DNA of 40,000 bases. Source: Bacteroides faecium (GTDB lineage Bacteria; Bacteroidota; Bacteroidia; Bacteroidales; Bacteroidaceae). Positions 18,135-26,395 of this stretch are shown here, piece after piece (within the stretch, counting starts at the first letter, position 1; each line of letters opens with the position of its first letter). Under the pieces are notes generated by a model. It ran no database searches and was not told where the DNA came from. It worked only from the letters and a program-made list of their open reading frames with translations. The position numbers and the translations under genes are program-made. The stretch lies in assembly GCF_012113595.1 (NCBI RefSeq), contig NZ_CP050831.1, forward strand, positions 4,173,504 through 4,213,503. The letters are read 5' to 3'.

Positions 18135-19475
18135 ATGTCAAGATTCGAAATAAAAATGCCCAAGTTGGGCGAGAGTATAACCGAAGGGACAATCGTCTCC
18201 TGGTCTGTAAAAGTGGGTGATATGATTCAGGAAGACGATGTTCTTTTTGAAGTAAATACTGCTAAAGTAAGTGCCGAAATACCTTCTCCGGTAGCGGGAA
18301 AGGTAGTCGAGATTTTATATAAAGAAGGGGATACCGTTGCGGTAGGTACTGTTGTAGCCATTATTGATTTGGATGGCGAAGGCACTGCCGAAGGGGAAAC
18401 TGCCCATGAAGAAACCGTCAAAGAAGAAGTTCCTGCAAGCCAGTCTCCGGCTCAACAAGAAGCTGCCAAACCGGTTGTTGCCGAGGAAGAACGTTGGTAT
18501 TCGCCGGTTGTGATTCAACTCGCAAGAGAAGCGAAGATTCCGAAAGAAGAACTGGACTCCATACAGGGAACCGGCTACGAAGGACGATTGAGCAAGAAGG
18601 ATATAAAAGATTATATCGACAAGAAGAAAAGAGGAGCCAGTGGGGATTCCAAACCGTCAGCATCCGTTGCTGCTCCGGTTGCAAGCAAACCATCGGTTGC
18701 TGCTTCCGCACCGGTAAGCCCGAAATCTTCTCCGGCTGCTCCGGTTGAGTCCAAATCATCCGCTCCTGTCACTATGCCGGGTGTGGAAGTGAAAGAGATG
18801 GACCGTGTCCGCCGGATTATTGCCGATCATATGGTCATGTCTAAAAAAGTATCTCCGCATGTCACTAATGTGGTAGAAGTAGATGTCACCCGTCTGGTGC
18901 GCTGGCGCGAAAAGAACAAAGACGCTTTCTTCCGTCGTGAAGGTGTCAAGCTGACTTATATGCCCGTGATTACGGAAGCCGTAGCGAAAGCATTGGCAAC
19001 CTATCCGCAGGTGAATGTATCGGTGGACGGATACAATATTCTTTTCAAGAAACATATCAATGTGGGTATTGCTGTCTCTTTGAACGATGGAAATCTGATT
19101 GTGCCTGTGGTACACGATGCCGACCGTCTGAATTTGAACGGACTGGCTGTTGCCATTGATTCCCTGGCTCTGAAAGCGAGAGATAACAAGCTAATGCCCG
19201 ACGACATTGACGGCGGTACATTTACCATCACCAACTTCGGTACATTCAAGAGTTTGTTCGGTACGCCGATTATTAATCAGCCCCAGGTGGCTATCTTGGG
19301 AGTAGGCTATATCGAAAAGAAACCTGCCGTCATAGAAACCCCTGAAGGAGATACGATTGCTATCCGTCATAAGATGTACCTTTCCCTGTCTTACGACCAT
19401 CGGGTAGTGGACGGAATGTTGGGCGGCAACTTCCTGCATTTTATAGCCGATTATCTGGAAAACTGGAAAGGCTGA
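18135..19475 (+). CDS. 2-oxoacid dehydrogenase E2 (dihydrolipoamide acyltransferase, branched-chain type)
   Basis: N-terminal lipoyl domain (EVNTAKVSAEIPSPVAGKV), a P/A/S-rich linker, the peripheral-subunit-binding domain (SPVVIQLAREAKI...GTGYEGRLSKKDI), and a catalytic domain with DHRVVDG. Confidence 0.9.
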   Translation: MSRFEIKMPKLGESITEGTIVSWSVKVGDMIQEDDVLFEVNTAKVSAEIPSPVAGKVVEILYKEGDTVAVGTVVAIIDLDGEGTAEGETAHEETVKEEVPASQSPAQQEAAKPVVAEEERWYSPVVIQLAREAKIPKEELDSIQGTGYEGRLSKKDIKDYIDKKKRGASGDSKPSASVAAPVASKPSVAASAPVSPKSSPAAPVESKSSAPVTMPGVEVKEMDRVRRIIADHMVMSKKVSPHVTNVVEVDVTRLVRWREKNKDAFFRREGVKLTYMPVITEAVAKALATYPQVNVSVDGYNILFKKHINVGIAVSLNDGNLIVPVVHDADRLNLNGLAVAIDSLALKARDNKLMPDDIDGGTFTITNFGTFKSLFGTPIINQPQVAILGVGYIEKKPAVIETPEGDTIAIRHKMYLSLSYDHRVVDGMLGGNFLHFIADYLENWKG

Positions 19476-19512
19476 TAACTGATTGTTTCATTCATTAAGA
19501 ACTTCATTAACC

Positions 19513-21546
19513 ATGAAAAAGTATGATATAAAAAATACAGATGTCGAAACCCTGAAGAAGTGGTATCATCTGATGGCATTGGGACGCGCCCTGGACGAAA
19601 AGGCTCCATCTTACCAGTTGCAATCTTTAGGTTGGTCTTACCATGCACCCTATGCGGGGCATGATGGTATCCAACTGGCGGTCGGGCAAGTCTTTACTCT
19701 CGGAGAAGACTTCCTGTTTCCCTACTACCGGGATATGCTGACCGTACTCTCCGCCGGAATGACTCCGGAAGAGATTATCCTGAACGGTATTTCCAAAGCG
19801 ACAGACCCCGGAAGCGGCGGACGTCATATGTCGAACCATTTCGCCAAACCGGAATGGCACATCGAAAACATTTCTTCCGCGACGGGAACACATGACCTTC
19901 ATGCGGCAGGCGTAGCCAGAGCGATGGTCTATTACGGACATAAAGGAGTTGCCATCACTTCTCACGGAGAATCGGCTACATCCGAAGGTTTTGTCTATGA
20001 AGCTATCAATGGTGCCAGCCTTGAACGTCTTCCGGTGATTTTTGTCATTCAGGATAACGGTTACGGCATCTCTGTTCCCAAATCGGAACAGACTGCCAAC
20101 CGCAAGGTAGCGGAAAACTTTTCCGGCTTCAAGAACCTGAAAATCATCTATTGCAATGGAAAAGATGTATTCGATTCGATGAACGCCATGACCGAAGCCC
20201 GCGAATATGCCATCAGTACCCGTAATCCGGTGATTGTACAGGCGAATTGTGTCCGTATCGGTTCTCATTCCAATTCCGACAAGCATACCCTTTACCGGGA
20301 TGAAAACGAACTGGAATACGTAAAGGAAGCTGACCCTTTGATGAAATTCCGCCGGATGCTGCTTCGCTATAAGCGTCTGACTGAAGAAGAACTGCAACAA
20401 ATAGAAGCGGCAGCCAAAAAAGAATTGTCTGCTGCCAACCGGAAGGCTTTGGCTGCTCCCGACCCTGACCCTAAAAGCATCTACGATTTCGTAATGCCCG
20501 AACCTTATCAACCACAGAAGTACAAAGACGGTACGCATGAGGCAGAAGGCGAAAAGACCTTCATGGTCAACGCCATTAATGAAACATTGAAATCCGAATT
20601 CCGTCACAATCCTGATACTTTTATTTGGGGGCAGGACGTAGCGAATAAGGAAAAAGGCGGTGTATTTAATGTGACGAAGGGGATGCAGCAGGAGTTTGGT
20701 GACTCCCGTGTATTCAGTGCGCCGATAGCCGAAGATTATATTGTAGGTACAGCCAACGGAATGAGTCGCTTTGACCCTAAAATTCATGTAGTAATAGAAG
20801 GGGCGGAGTTTGCCGATTACTTTTGGCCTGCCGTCGAGCAATATGTAGAATGTACGCATGAGTATTGGCGCAGCAATGGTAAGTTTGCTCCGAACATCAC
20901 TTTGCGTCTGGCTTCCGGCGGCTATATCGGTGGCGGACTTTATCATTCCCAAAATATAGAAGGCGCTTTGACGACTTTGCCGGGAGCACGTATCGTCTGT
21001 CCTTCCTTTGCGGATGATGCAGCCGGATTGCTCCGTACCAGTATTCGCTCCAAAGGATTCACTTTATTTCTCGAACCGAAGGCATTGTATAACTCCGTAG
21101 AAGCGGCTGCCGTTGTGCCGGAAGACTTTGAAGTACCTTTCGGTAAAGCGCGTATCCGTCGGGAAGGAACAGATTTAAGTATTATCACGTATGGCAATAC
21201 CACCCATTTCTGTCTGCACGCAGCGGAACGATTGGAGAAAGAGGGCGGCTGGAAAGTGGAAGTCATCGACATTCGTTCTTTGATTCCGTTGGATAAGGAA
21301 GCTATCTTTGAGTCGGTGAAGAAGACGAGTAAAGTGTTGGTTGTCCATGAGGATAAAGTATTCTCCGGCTTTGGTGCGGAACTTGCCGCAATGATTGGCG
21401 GAGAGATGTTCCGTTATTTGGACGGGCCTGTGCAACGTGTAGGTTCTACATTTACCCCTGTCGGCTTTAACCCGATTCTTGAAAAAGAGATTCTGCCGGA
21501 TGAGGCTAAAATCTATGAAGCCGCCAGGAAATTATTAGAATATTAA
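19513..21546 (+). CDS. 2-oxoacid dehydrogenase E1 component, fused alpha-beta subunits
   Basis: The N-terminal half is a TPP-binding E1-alpha (GSGGRHMSNHF, VIFVIQDNGYGISV). The C-terminal half is E1-beta/transketolase-like (FIWGQDVA..GGVFNVTKGMQQEFG..RVFSAPIAE). The start is placed at MKKYDIK (ATG 19513); the track start at 19483 is TTG. Confidence 0.9.
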   Translation: MKKYDIKNTDVETLKKWYHLMALGRALDEKAPSYQLQSLGWSYHAPYAGHDGIQLAVGQVFTLGEDFLFPYYRDMLTVLSAGMTPEEIILNGISKATDPGSGGRHMSNHFAKPEWHIENISSATGTHDLHAAGVARAMVYYGHKGVAITSHGESATSEGFVYEAINGASLERLPVIFVIQDNGYGISVPKSEQTANRKVAENFSGFKNLKIIYCNGKDVFDSMNAMTEAREYAISTRNPVIVQANCVRIGSHSNSDKHTLYRDENELEYVKEADPLMKFRRMLLRYKRLTEEELQQIEAAAKKELSAANRKALAAPDPDPKSIYDFVMPEPYQPQKYKDGTHEAEGEKTFMVNAINETLKSEFRHNPDTFIWGQDVANKEKGGVFNVTKGMQQEFGDSRVFSAPIAEDYIVGTANGMSRFDPKIHVVIEGAEFADYFWPAVEQYVECTHEYWRSNGKFAPNITLRLASGGYIGGGLYHSQNIEGALTTLPGARIVCPSFADDAAGLLRTSIRSKGFTLFLEPKALYNSVEAAAVVPEDFEVPFGKARIRREGTDLSIITYGNTTHFCLHAAERLEKEGGWKVEVIDIRSLIPLDKEAIFESVKKTSKVLVVHEDKVFSGFGAELAAMIGGEMFRYLDGPVQRVGSTFTPVGFNPILEKEILPDEAKIYEAARKLLEY

Positions 21547-21559
21547 AATAGTATGGATT

Positions 21560-22066
21560 ATGAAAAAGATAGGTTTATTTTATGCAGCGAAGGCTGAAAA
21601 GACGAGTTGGGTAGCAGAGAAGATTCAGCAGGAATTTGGTGAAGGTAAGATAGAAGTAGTACCCATAGAACAAGCCTGGGAGAATGATTTTGCCGCTTAT
21701 AATTGTTTTATAGTCGGCGCTTCCACCTGGTTTGACGGCGAACTTCCCACCTATTGGGACGAACTGTTGCCGGAACTTCGTACAATGGATTTAAAAGGAA
21801 AGAAAGTGGCTGTTTTCGGTTTGGGCGACCAGATACGTTATCCCGAAAACTTTGCGGATGGTATCGGACTGCTGGCGGAAGTTTTCGAAGGGGATGGGGC
21901 TACCTTGGTAGGTTTCACTTCTTCCGAAGGATATACTTTCGAGCGTTCCAAAGCATTGCGCGGCGATCATTGGTGCGGATTGGTTATTGACTTGGATAAT
22001 CAGTCGGAACAGGCGAAAAAGAAAATCAAGGATTGGTGTGAGCAGGTGAAGAAGGAGTTCAAGTAA
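21560..22066 (+). CDS. fldA: Long-chain flavodoxin
   Basis: 168-aa ORF. Features: IGLFYAAKAEKTS, FIVGASTW..GELP, VAVFGLGDQ..YPENF, and the long-chain insertion. Confidence 0.9.
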   Translation: MKKIGLFYAAKAEKTSWVAEKIQQEFGEGKIEVVPIEQAWENDFAAYNCFIVGASTWFDGELPTYWDELLPELRTMDLKGKKVAVFGLGDQIRYPENFADGIGLLAEVFEGDGATLVGFTSSEGYTFERSKALRGDHWCGLVIDLDNQSEQAKKKIKDWCEQVKKEFK

Positions 22067-22095
22067 TATTCTTTTTCATTAAAGGATACCATATG

Positions 22096-22180
22096 CCAGA
22101 TGCTCATCCCGTACATTACCGGATGAGCATCTGGAGCATGACGGGATGAGCATCCGGTATTGTACGGGATGAGCATCTCG
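22096..22180. repeat. Four 16-bp imperfect palindromes at an exact 23-bp period (first unit flipped)
   Basis: The units are ccagatgCTcatcccg (22096), ccggatgAGcatctgg (22119), cgggatgAGcatccgg (22142) and cgggatgAGcatctcg (22165). The 7-nt spacers are tacatta, agcatga and tattgta. Units 1 and 2 form a perfect 14-bp stem. The array lies between the convergent fldA and prmA genes. Confidence 0.8.
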
Positions 22181-22260
22181 TCTTTTGAATCTTAACGATT
22201 AGTTGCAGGCTTGTTTTAATGATAAGCCGTCTATGTCTTTGTGGAGCAGATAAAGAGCTA

Positions 22261-23109
22261 TCAGGCTTTATAAACAAACTTCACCTCTGCCCAACGGTTC
22301 TTCTCTTTGTAATGAACGTAAGTCAATCCGTTCTTTTCCGCTTCCTCACGAATAACTGTAATGTCATCTACATAGAATCCGCTCATATACAATTCAGACC
22401 CCGGATGCATACAGGCAACATAGTGTTTCATGTCATTCAACAGAATATTCCGGTTGATATTGGCAATAATAACATCAAACGGACCTTTCCCGGTAAGGGA
22501 CGAAGCGTCTCCTTGAAAAACGGCAATATCATCTACATGATTCAGTTCAATGTTTTCGATAGAGTTTCGCACACACCATTCGTCAATGTCGATAGCCGTA
22601 CACGGACGCGCACCTCTCATTCGTGCAAGGATGGCGAGAATTGAAGTGCCGCACCCCATATCGAGCAGAGATTTATCTTTCAACTCGCTATCCAGCAGTT
22701 CCTCAATGATAAGGCTTGTTGTTTCGTGATGTCCTGTTCCGAAAGCCATTTGCGGGTTAATGACAATATCATATTCCGCTTTAGGTACGTCCTGATGGAA
22801 AGTGCTGTGAATCACACAACGGTCACCAATGATAATCGGCTGGAAGAAATTCTTTTCCCATTCCTCGTTCCAGTCCTTGTCTTCCGCTTCTGCATAGGTA
22901 AATGTGATTTCCGTATCGGGCAGGGGGAACTCGGTGATTGCAATCTTAATAGCGGTTTCGTCATATAATGATTGTTGGATATAGGCGGTCAACCCGCTTT
23001 CACATTCAACAAAACTCTCGAATCCTACTTCGCCGAGCACGGCAGCCAGTACGTCATTAACTGTTTCAGTGCAAGGATTGGTATGGAATGTGAACTCAAA
23101 ATACTTCAT
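22261..23109 (-). CDS. prmA: Ribosomal protein L11 methyltransferase
   Basis: 282-aa ORF. PrmA N-terminal domain (MKYFEFTF...), INPQMAFGTGHHETT, and the SAM-binding motif LLDMGCGTSILAI. Confidence 0.9.
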   Translation of the reverse strand: MKYFEFTFHTNPCTETVNDVLAAVLGEVGFESFVECESGLTAYIQQSLYDETAIKIAITEFPLPDTEITFTYAEAEDKDWNEEWEKNFFQPIIIGDRCVIHSTFHQDVPKAEYDIVINPQMAFGTGHHETTSLIIEELLDSELKDKSLLDMGCGTSILAILARMRGARPCTAIDIDEWCVRNSIENIELNHVDDIAVFQGDASSLTGKGPFDVIIANINRNILLNDMKHYVACMHPGSELYMSGFYVDDITVIREEAEKNGLTYVHYKEKNRWAEVKFVYKA

Positions 23110-23139
23110 GGTTGTTTTCTTTTTCTAATAAATAATGTG

Positions 23140-23147
23140 CAAAGATA
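23140..23147 (-). promoter_or_regulatory. -7 promoter box TATCTTTG for prmA
   Basis: The minus strand reads TATCTTTG, 31 nt upstream of ATG 23109. Confidence 0.5.
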
Positions 23148-23213
23148 GTTAGAAATAGGGATTTCCCTATTATCCTTTGGGGAAAATCTCCCCCGGACGA
23201 AAAATCTCTTCCT

Positions 23214-23221
23214 TATCTTTG
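23214..23221 (+). promoter_or_regulatory. -7 promoter box TATCTTTG for the low-complexity protein operon
   Basis: Exact TAnnTTTG match 42 nt upstream of ATG 23263. Confidence 0.5.
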
Positions 23222-23262
23222 TAACGTGAATAAGTTTAAGTAATTACATAAACCGAGATGAT

Positions 23263-24582
23263 ATGAAAAAGATTGTTTACTTCTTGCTATTTGCCTTGTG
23301 CCTCCCGATAGGCTTGATGGCACAAAGCGTTGATGACGACCTTTACTTCGTACCTTCCAAAGACAAACAGGAGAAAAAAGAAACTCCAGTCCGGAAGGAA
23401 CCGAAGAAACAGGTGACCAACATCTATACTTCACCGGGTACTACCGTAGTTGTTCAGGACCGCAAGGGCAGAACACGGGACGTAGATGAATATAACCGCC
23501 GTTACGATGCACGTGAAAATGAATTCGTAATGGATAATGATACCTTATACATAAAAGAAAAATCTAATCCGGATTTGGACGGAGAATGGGTGACCGGCGA
23601 ATTCAATGGTACGCAAGACGACTATGAATACGCAGAACGTATCATCCGTTTCCGCAATCCGCGTTTCGCAATCAGCATCAGCAGCCCGCTCTACTGGGAC
23701 GTAGTTTACGGACCGAACTCCTGGGACTGGAACGTATATACCGACGGTATGTATGCTTACGCATTCCCGACGTTCAGTAACCCGATGTGGTGGGACTGGC
23801 GCTATGGTTCTTATGGCTGGGGTTGGAACTATGGTTGGGGATGGAATCGTCCTTACTATTCTTGGGGTTACTCTCCGGGTTACTGGGGCGGCGGCTACTG
23901 GGGTGGCTGGTATGGTGGCGGTGGCTACTGGGGACATCATCATCATTGGCACGGTGGTCCTAGCTGGGGCTGGGGCGGCGGTGGAAACCATTGGGCACGC
24001 AACACCTATACGAATCGTCGTTCTTATGGCTACAATAATTTCTCTTCTTCACGGAGAAGTGGATCATATTCAGACCGTAGATCGGCAATCGGTACAGATC
24101 GCCGTAGTTCTTCAAGCTCTTATACCGGTAGAACTGTTGGAACAAGACGTGAAGCAACCCGCGTCAGTACCGGACGTACTGGGGTAACTACCCGCAGTGA
24201 CGCTTCTTCTACTCGTAGAAGTAGTAACTACACACGTCCAAGCAGTACGCGTAGCTCCTCAACTTACAATAGTAATCGTGAAGGTTCCGTTCGTCGTAGT
24301 GCTTCGTCTCCTTCACGGTCATCATCTTCTTCTTCATCATACGGAACTACAAGAAGGTCTTCTTCTACTTACAATAGAGGGACTTCAACCAGCAGTCCGT
24401 CTACTAGAAGCAGTAGTAGAAGCTCTAGCCGTTCATACGATAGTGGTAGCCGTTCTTCTTCTCGTAGCAGCTATTCACCAAGTAGCAGTAGTAGCTCTCG
24501 TTCCAGTGGCAGCTATTCAGGTGGTGGTTCTTCACGCTCAAGTGGCGGTGGAGGCGGTTCTAGCAGAAGCGGAAGAAGATAA
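23263..24582 (+). CDS. Secreted low-complexity protein: structured N-region, W/G/Y-rich block with an HHHH run, long S/R/T-rich tail
   Basis: 439-aa ORF with signal peptide MKKIVYFLLFALCLPIGLMAQ. The middle block is WGWNYGWGWNRPYYSWGYSPGYWGGGYWGGWYGGGGYWGHHHHWHGGPSWGWGGGG. About 190 aa at the C-terminus are dominated by S, R and T, ending GGGGGSSRSGRR. It is taken as coding because of the frame length, the promoter box and the tight coupling to the next gene. Confidence 0.7.
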   Translation: MKKIVYFLLFALCLPIGLMAQSVDDDLYFVPSKDKQEKKETPVRKEPKKQVTNIYTSPGTTVVVQDRKGRTRDVDEYNRRYDARENEFVMDNDTLYIKEKSNPDLDGEWVTGEFNGTQDDYEYAERIIRFRNPRFAISISSPLYWDVVYGPNSWDWNVYTDGMYAYAFPTFSNPMWWDWRYGSYGWGWNYGWGWNRPYYSWGYSPGYWGGGYWGGWYGGGGYWGHHHHWHGGPSWGWGGGGNHWARNTYTNRRSYGYNNFSSSRRSGSYSDRRSAIGTDRRSSSSSYTGRTVGTRREATRVSTGRTGVTTRSDASSTRRSSNYTRPSSTRSSSTYNSNREGSVRRSASSPSRSSSSSSSYGTTRRSSSTYNRGTSTSSPSTRSSSRSSSRSYDSGSRSSSRSSYSPSSSSSSRSSGSYSGGGSSRSSGGGGGSSRSGRR

Positions 24583-24621
24583 TCAATACTATATATTAAC
24601 TCTGTAATATAAGACAACGTT

Positions 24622-26277
24622 ATGAAAAAGATAATCGCAGTTGCTTGCGCCTTGTGTTTTGTCGCAGGTGTCAGTGCACAGACAATATATGATGCAGCGA
24701 AGTTGGCAGAGCGAGACTTGAATGGAACCGCCCGTTTTGTAGGTATGGGCGGGGCGATGGGCGCTTTGGGTGGTGATATTTCTACGATGGGGACTAACCC
24801 TGCCGGTATCGGTATTTATCGTAGTAATGACATCATGACCTCTTTCAGCTATTCTGCTTACGGTACGGAGAGCAAATACTTGGGACAGACTTTTAATAAT
24901 GATAAGAACCAATGGTCGTTTGATAACATAGGCTTTGTGTTCGCTTCCAAAATAGGAAATCAGACGGCATTGCGTTATGTGAACTTTGGCTTTAACTATA
25001 AGCGCACCAAGTCTTTCTATAAGAATATGACAATGGGCGGATTGATGGGAGCCGTAGATGATAAGATTTTTGTATCTCAGGTTAATCAGATGGGGCAACA
25101 GGCTACAGACGTTGTATCATATGATAGAGAGAACTATGATTTTGGTAATTCTGACGCTTATAATAATAATCGACTTGGTTGGTTGGGAATTATGGGATAC
25201 CAAGGTTATCTGACAAATTCAGTCCGGGATGATAATGGTTATGATAGATACGTTCCTGTAGTCCCAGATGAGGCTGAAGCTTATTTCAACTCCAATGAAA
25301 AAGGGGGAATCAGTCAGTATGACTTTAATGTCGCGCTAAATGTGAACGATCGTGTTTATTTAGGATTAACGATTGGTGCATACGATGTGAATTATAAGAA
25401 AACCACTCTATATGATGAAGATTATGGAAATGGTGAAGGTTATGAATTGGCTTCATTCAATCGTATTAAAGGATCGGGAGTAGATGTGAAGTTTGGTGCA
25501 ATTTTCCGTCCGTTTGAGTCTTCTCCTTTCCGCATTGGTTTTGCGATACATACACCTGCATTTTATAATTTGACATACGAGAATGGTGCAAGTATGACCT
25601 CGGATGTTTACTTGAAAGAAGTACAAGATGACAATAAGACATTTTATGTACGTGACGATAAGCCTGGTAAAGATGCTATTACAACCAGAAAGTCTTTTGA
25701 TGCAAATGATGGAAGAAGGATAGAACAGGATTTCCGCCTGTCTACTCCGTGGAGATTTAATGCGAGTTTGGGTTATACGGTTGGCACTTCTTTAGCATTG
25801 GGAGCCGAGTATGAATATGAAGATTATTCATCTATGAAATTCAGTTATCCTGAAGGAGATGAAATGGTAGATCAGAATAGTACGATTAAAGACTTCATGA
25901 AAGGTGTACATACATTCCGTATCGGTGCTGAGTATAAAGTAATACCTGAGTTTGCCTTCCGTTTAGGTTATAATTACAGTACTACTGCTTTTAAAGAAGA
26001 TGATGCTTATAAGTGGATACCGGCTAATTCTACTTTGACAGATACAGACTTTGCAAATTCCCAGTCGCATAGTAATTATACAATCGGAATAGGATATCGT
26101 GGAAAGGCCTTTTATGCTGATTTAGCTTATCAATATTCTATGTATAAAGAGAAGTTCTACCCATTTTATAATGACTTGGAAACTTCACCGGGAGTTTGGG
26201 AAATAGTAACTCCGCAAGCAACCAAAGTAACCAATACACGTAGTCAAGTACTATTAACATTAGGTTTACGCTTCTAA
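24622..26277 (+). CDS. Outer-membrane beta-barrel protein, FadL/TodX-like
   Basis: 551-aa ORF with signal peptide ...AGVSAQ. The N-terminal GTARFVGMGGAMGALGGDISTMGTNPAGIG resembles the FadL-family hatch region. Alternating aromatic and beta-strand patterns run throughout, and the protein ends in a C-terminal aromatic residue (LTLGLRF). It starts 39 nt after the previous gene. Confidence 0.7.
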   Translation: MKKIIAVACALCFVAGVSAQTIYDAAKLAERDLNGTARFVGMGGAMGALGGDISTMGTNPAGIGIYRSNDIMTSFSYSAYGTESKYLGQTFNNDKNQWSFDNIGFVFASKIGNQTALRYVNFGFNYKRTKSFYKNMTMGGLMGAVDDKIFVSQVNQMGQQATDVVSYDRENYDFGNSDAYNNNRLGWLGIMGYQGYLTNSVRDDNGYDRYVPVVPDEAEAYFNSNEKGGISQYDFNVALNVNDRVYLGLTIGAYDVNYKKTTLYDEDYGNGEGYELASFNRIKGSGVDVKFGAIFRPFESSPFRIGFAIHTPAFYNLTYENGASMTSDVYLKEVQDDNKTFYVRDDKPGKDAITTRKSFDANDGRRIEQDFRLSTPWRFNASLGYTVGTSLALGAEYEYEDYSSMKFSYPEGDEMVDQNSTIKDFMKGVHTFRIGAEYKVIPEFAFRLGYNYSTTAFKEDDAYKWIPANSTLTDTDFANSQSHSNYTIGIGYRGKAFYADLAYQYSMYKEKFYPFYNDLETSPGVWEIVTPQATKVTNTRSQVLLTLGLRF

Positions 26278-26322
26278 TCTAACAAAGACAGTTTTCAATT
26301 TCTATAATAACTTTTGTGTGTG

Positions 26323-26369
26323 AAAAATCCCAGGAATGCTGAGTGTCTACAGCGGTTCCGGGGATTTTT
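26323..26369. terminator. Bidirectional terminator-like hairpin between convergent genes
   Basis: aaaaatcccaggaa / 19-nt loop / ttccggggattttt: a 14-bp stem with one mismatch. The A-run on the left and the T-run on the right give U-tracts for both strands. Confidence 0.6.
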
Positions 26370-26395
26370 ATTAGTATCACTTTTAATTTTTTGTT

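Noticed and set aside
19627-20952. 441-aa minus-strand ORF, the longest unannotated ORF in the track.
   Set aside because: It is entirely antisense to the well-supported E1 alpha-beta gene. Its translation is R/F/G-rich with no recognisable motifs, signal or promoter box. This is the usual antisense open frame of a GC-rich gene.
22093-22149. 18-codon ORF (MPDAHPVHYRMSIWSMTG) across the palindromic array.
   Set aside because: It is an artefact of reading through the repeat units, and nothing supports translation.
22096-22180. The 23-bp periodic repeats considered as a CRISPR array.
   Set aside because: There are only four 16-bp units with 7-nt spacers and no cas genes. The units are palindromes, with one flipped.
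22219-22644. 141-aa plus-strand ORF.
   Set aside because: It is antisense to prmA, whose motifs are unambiguous.
23545-24607. Alternative-frame ORFs over the low-complexity gene: 23753..24187 (+), 24197..24607 (+), 23545..23991 (-) and 23960..24157 (-).
   Set aside because: They arise from the biased, repetitive codon composition. Only the 23263..24582 frame has a signal peptide, a promoter box and coupling to the next gene.
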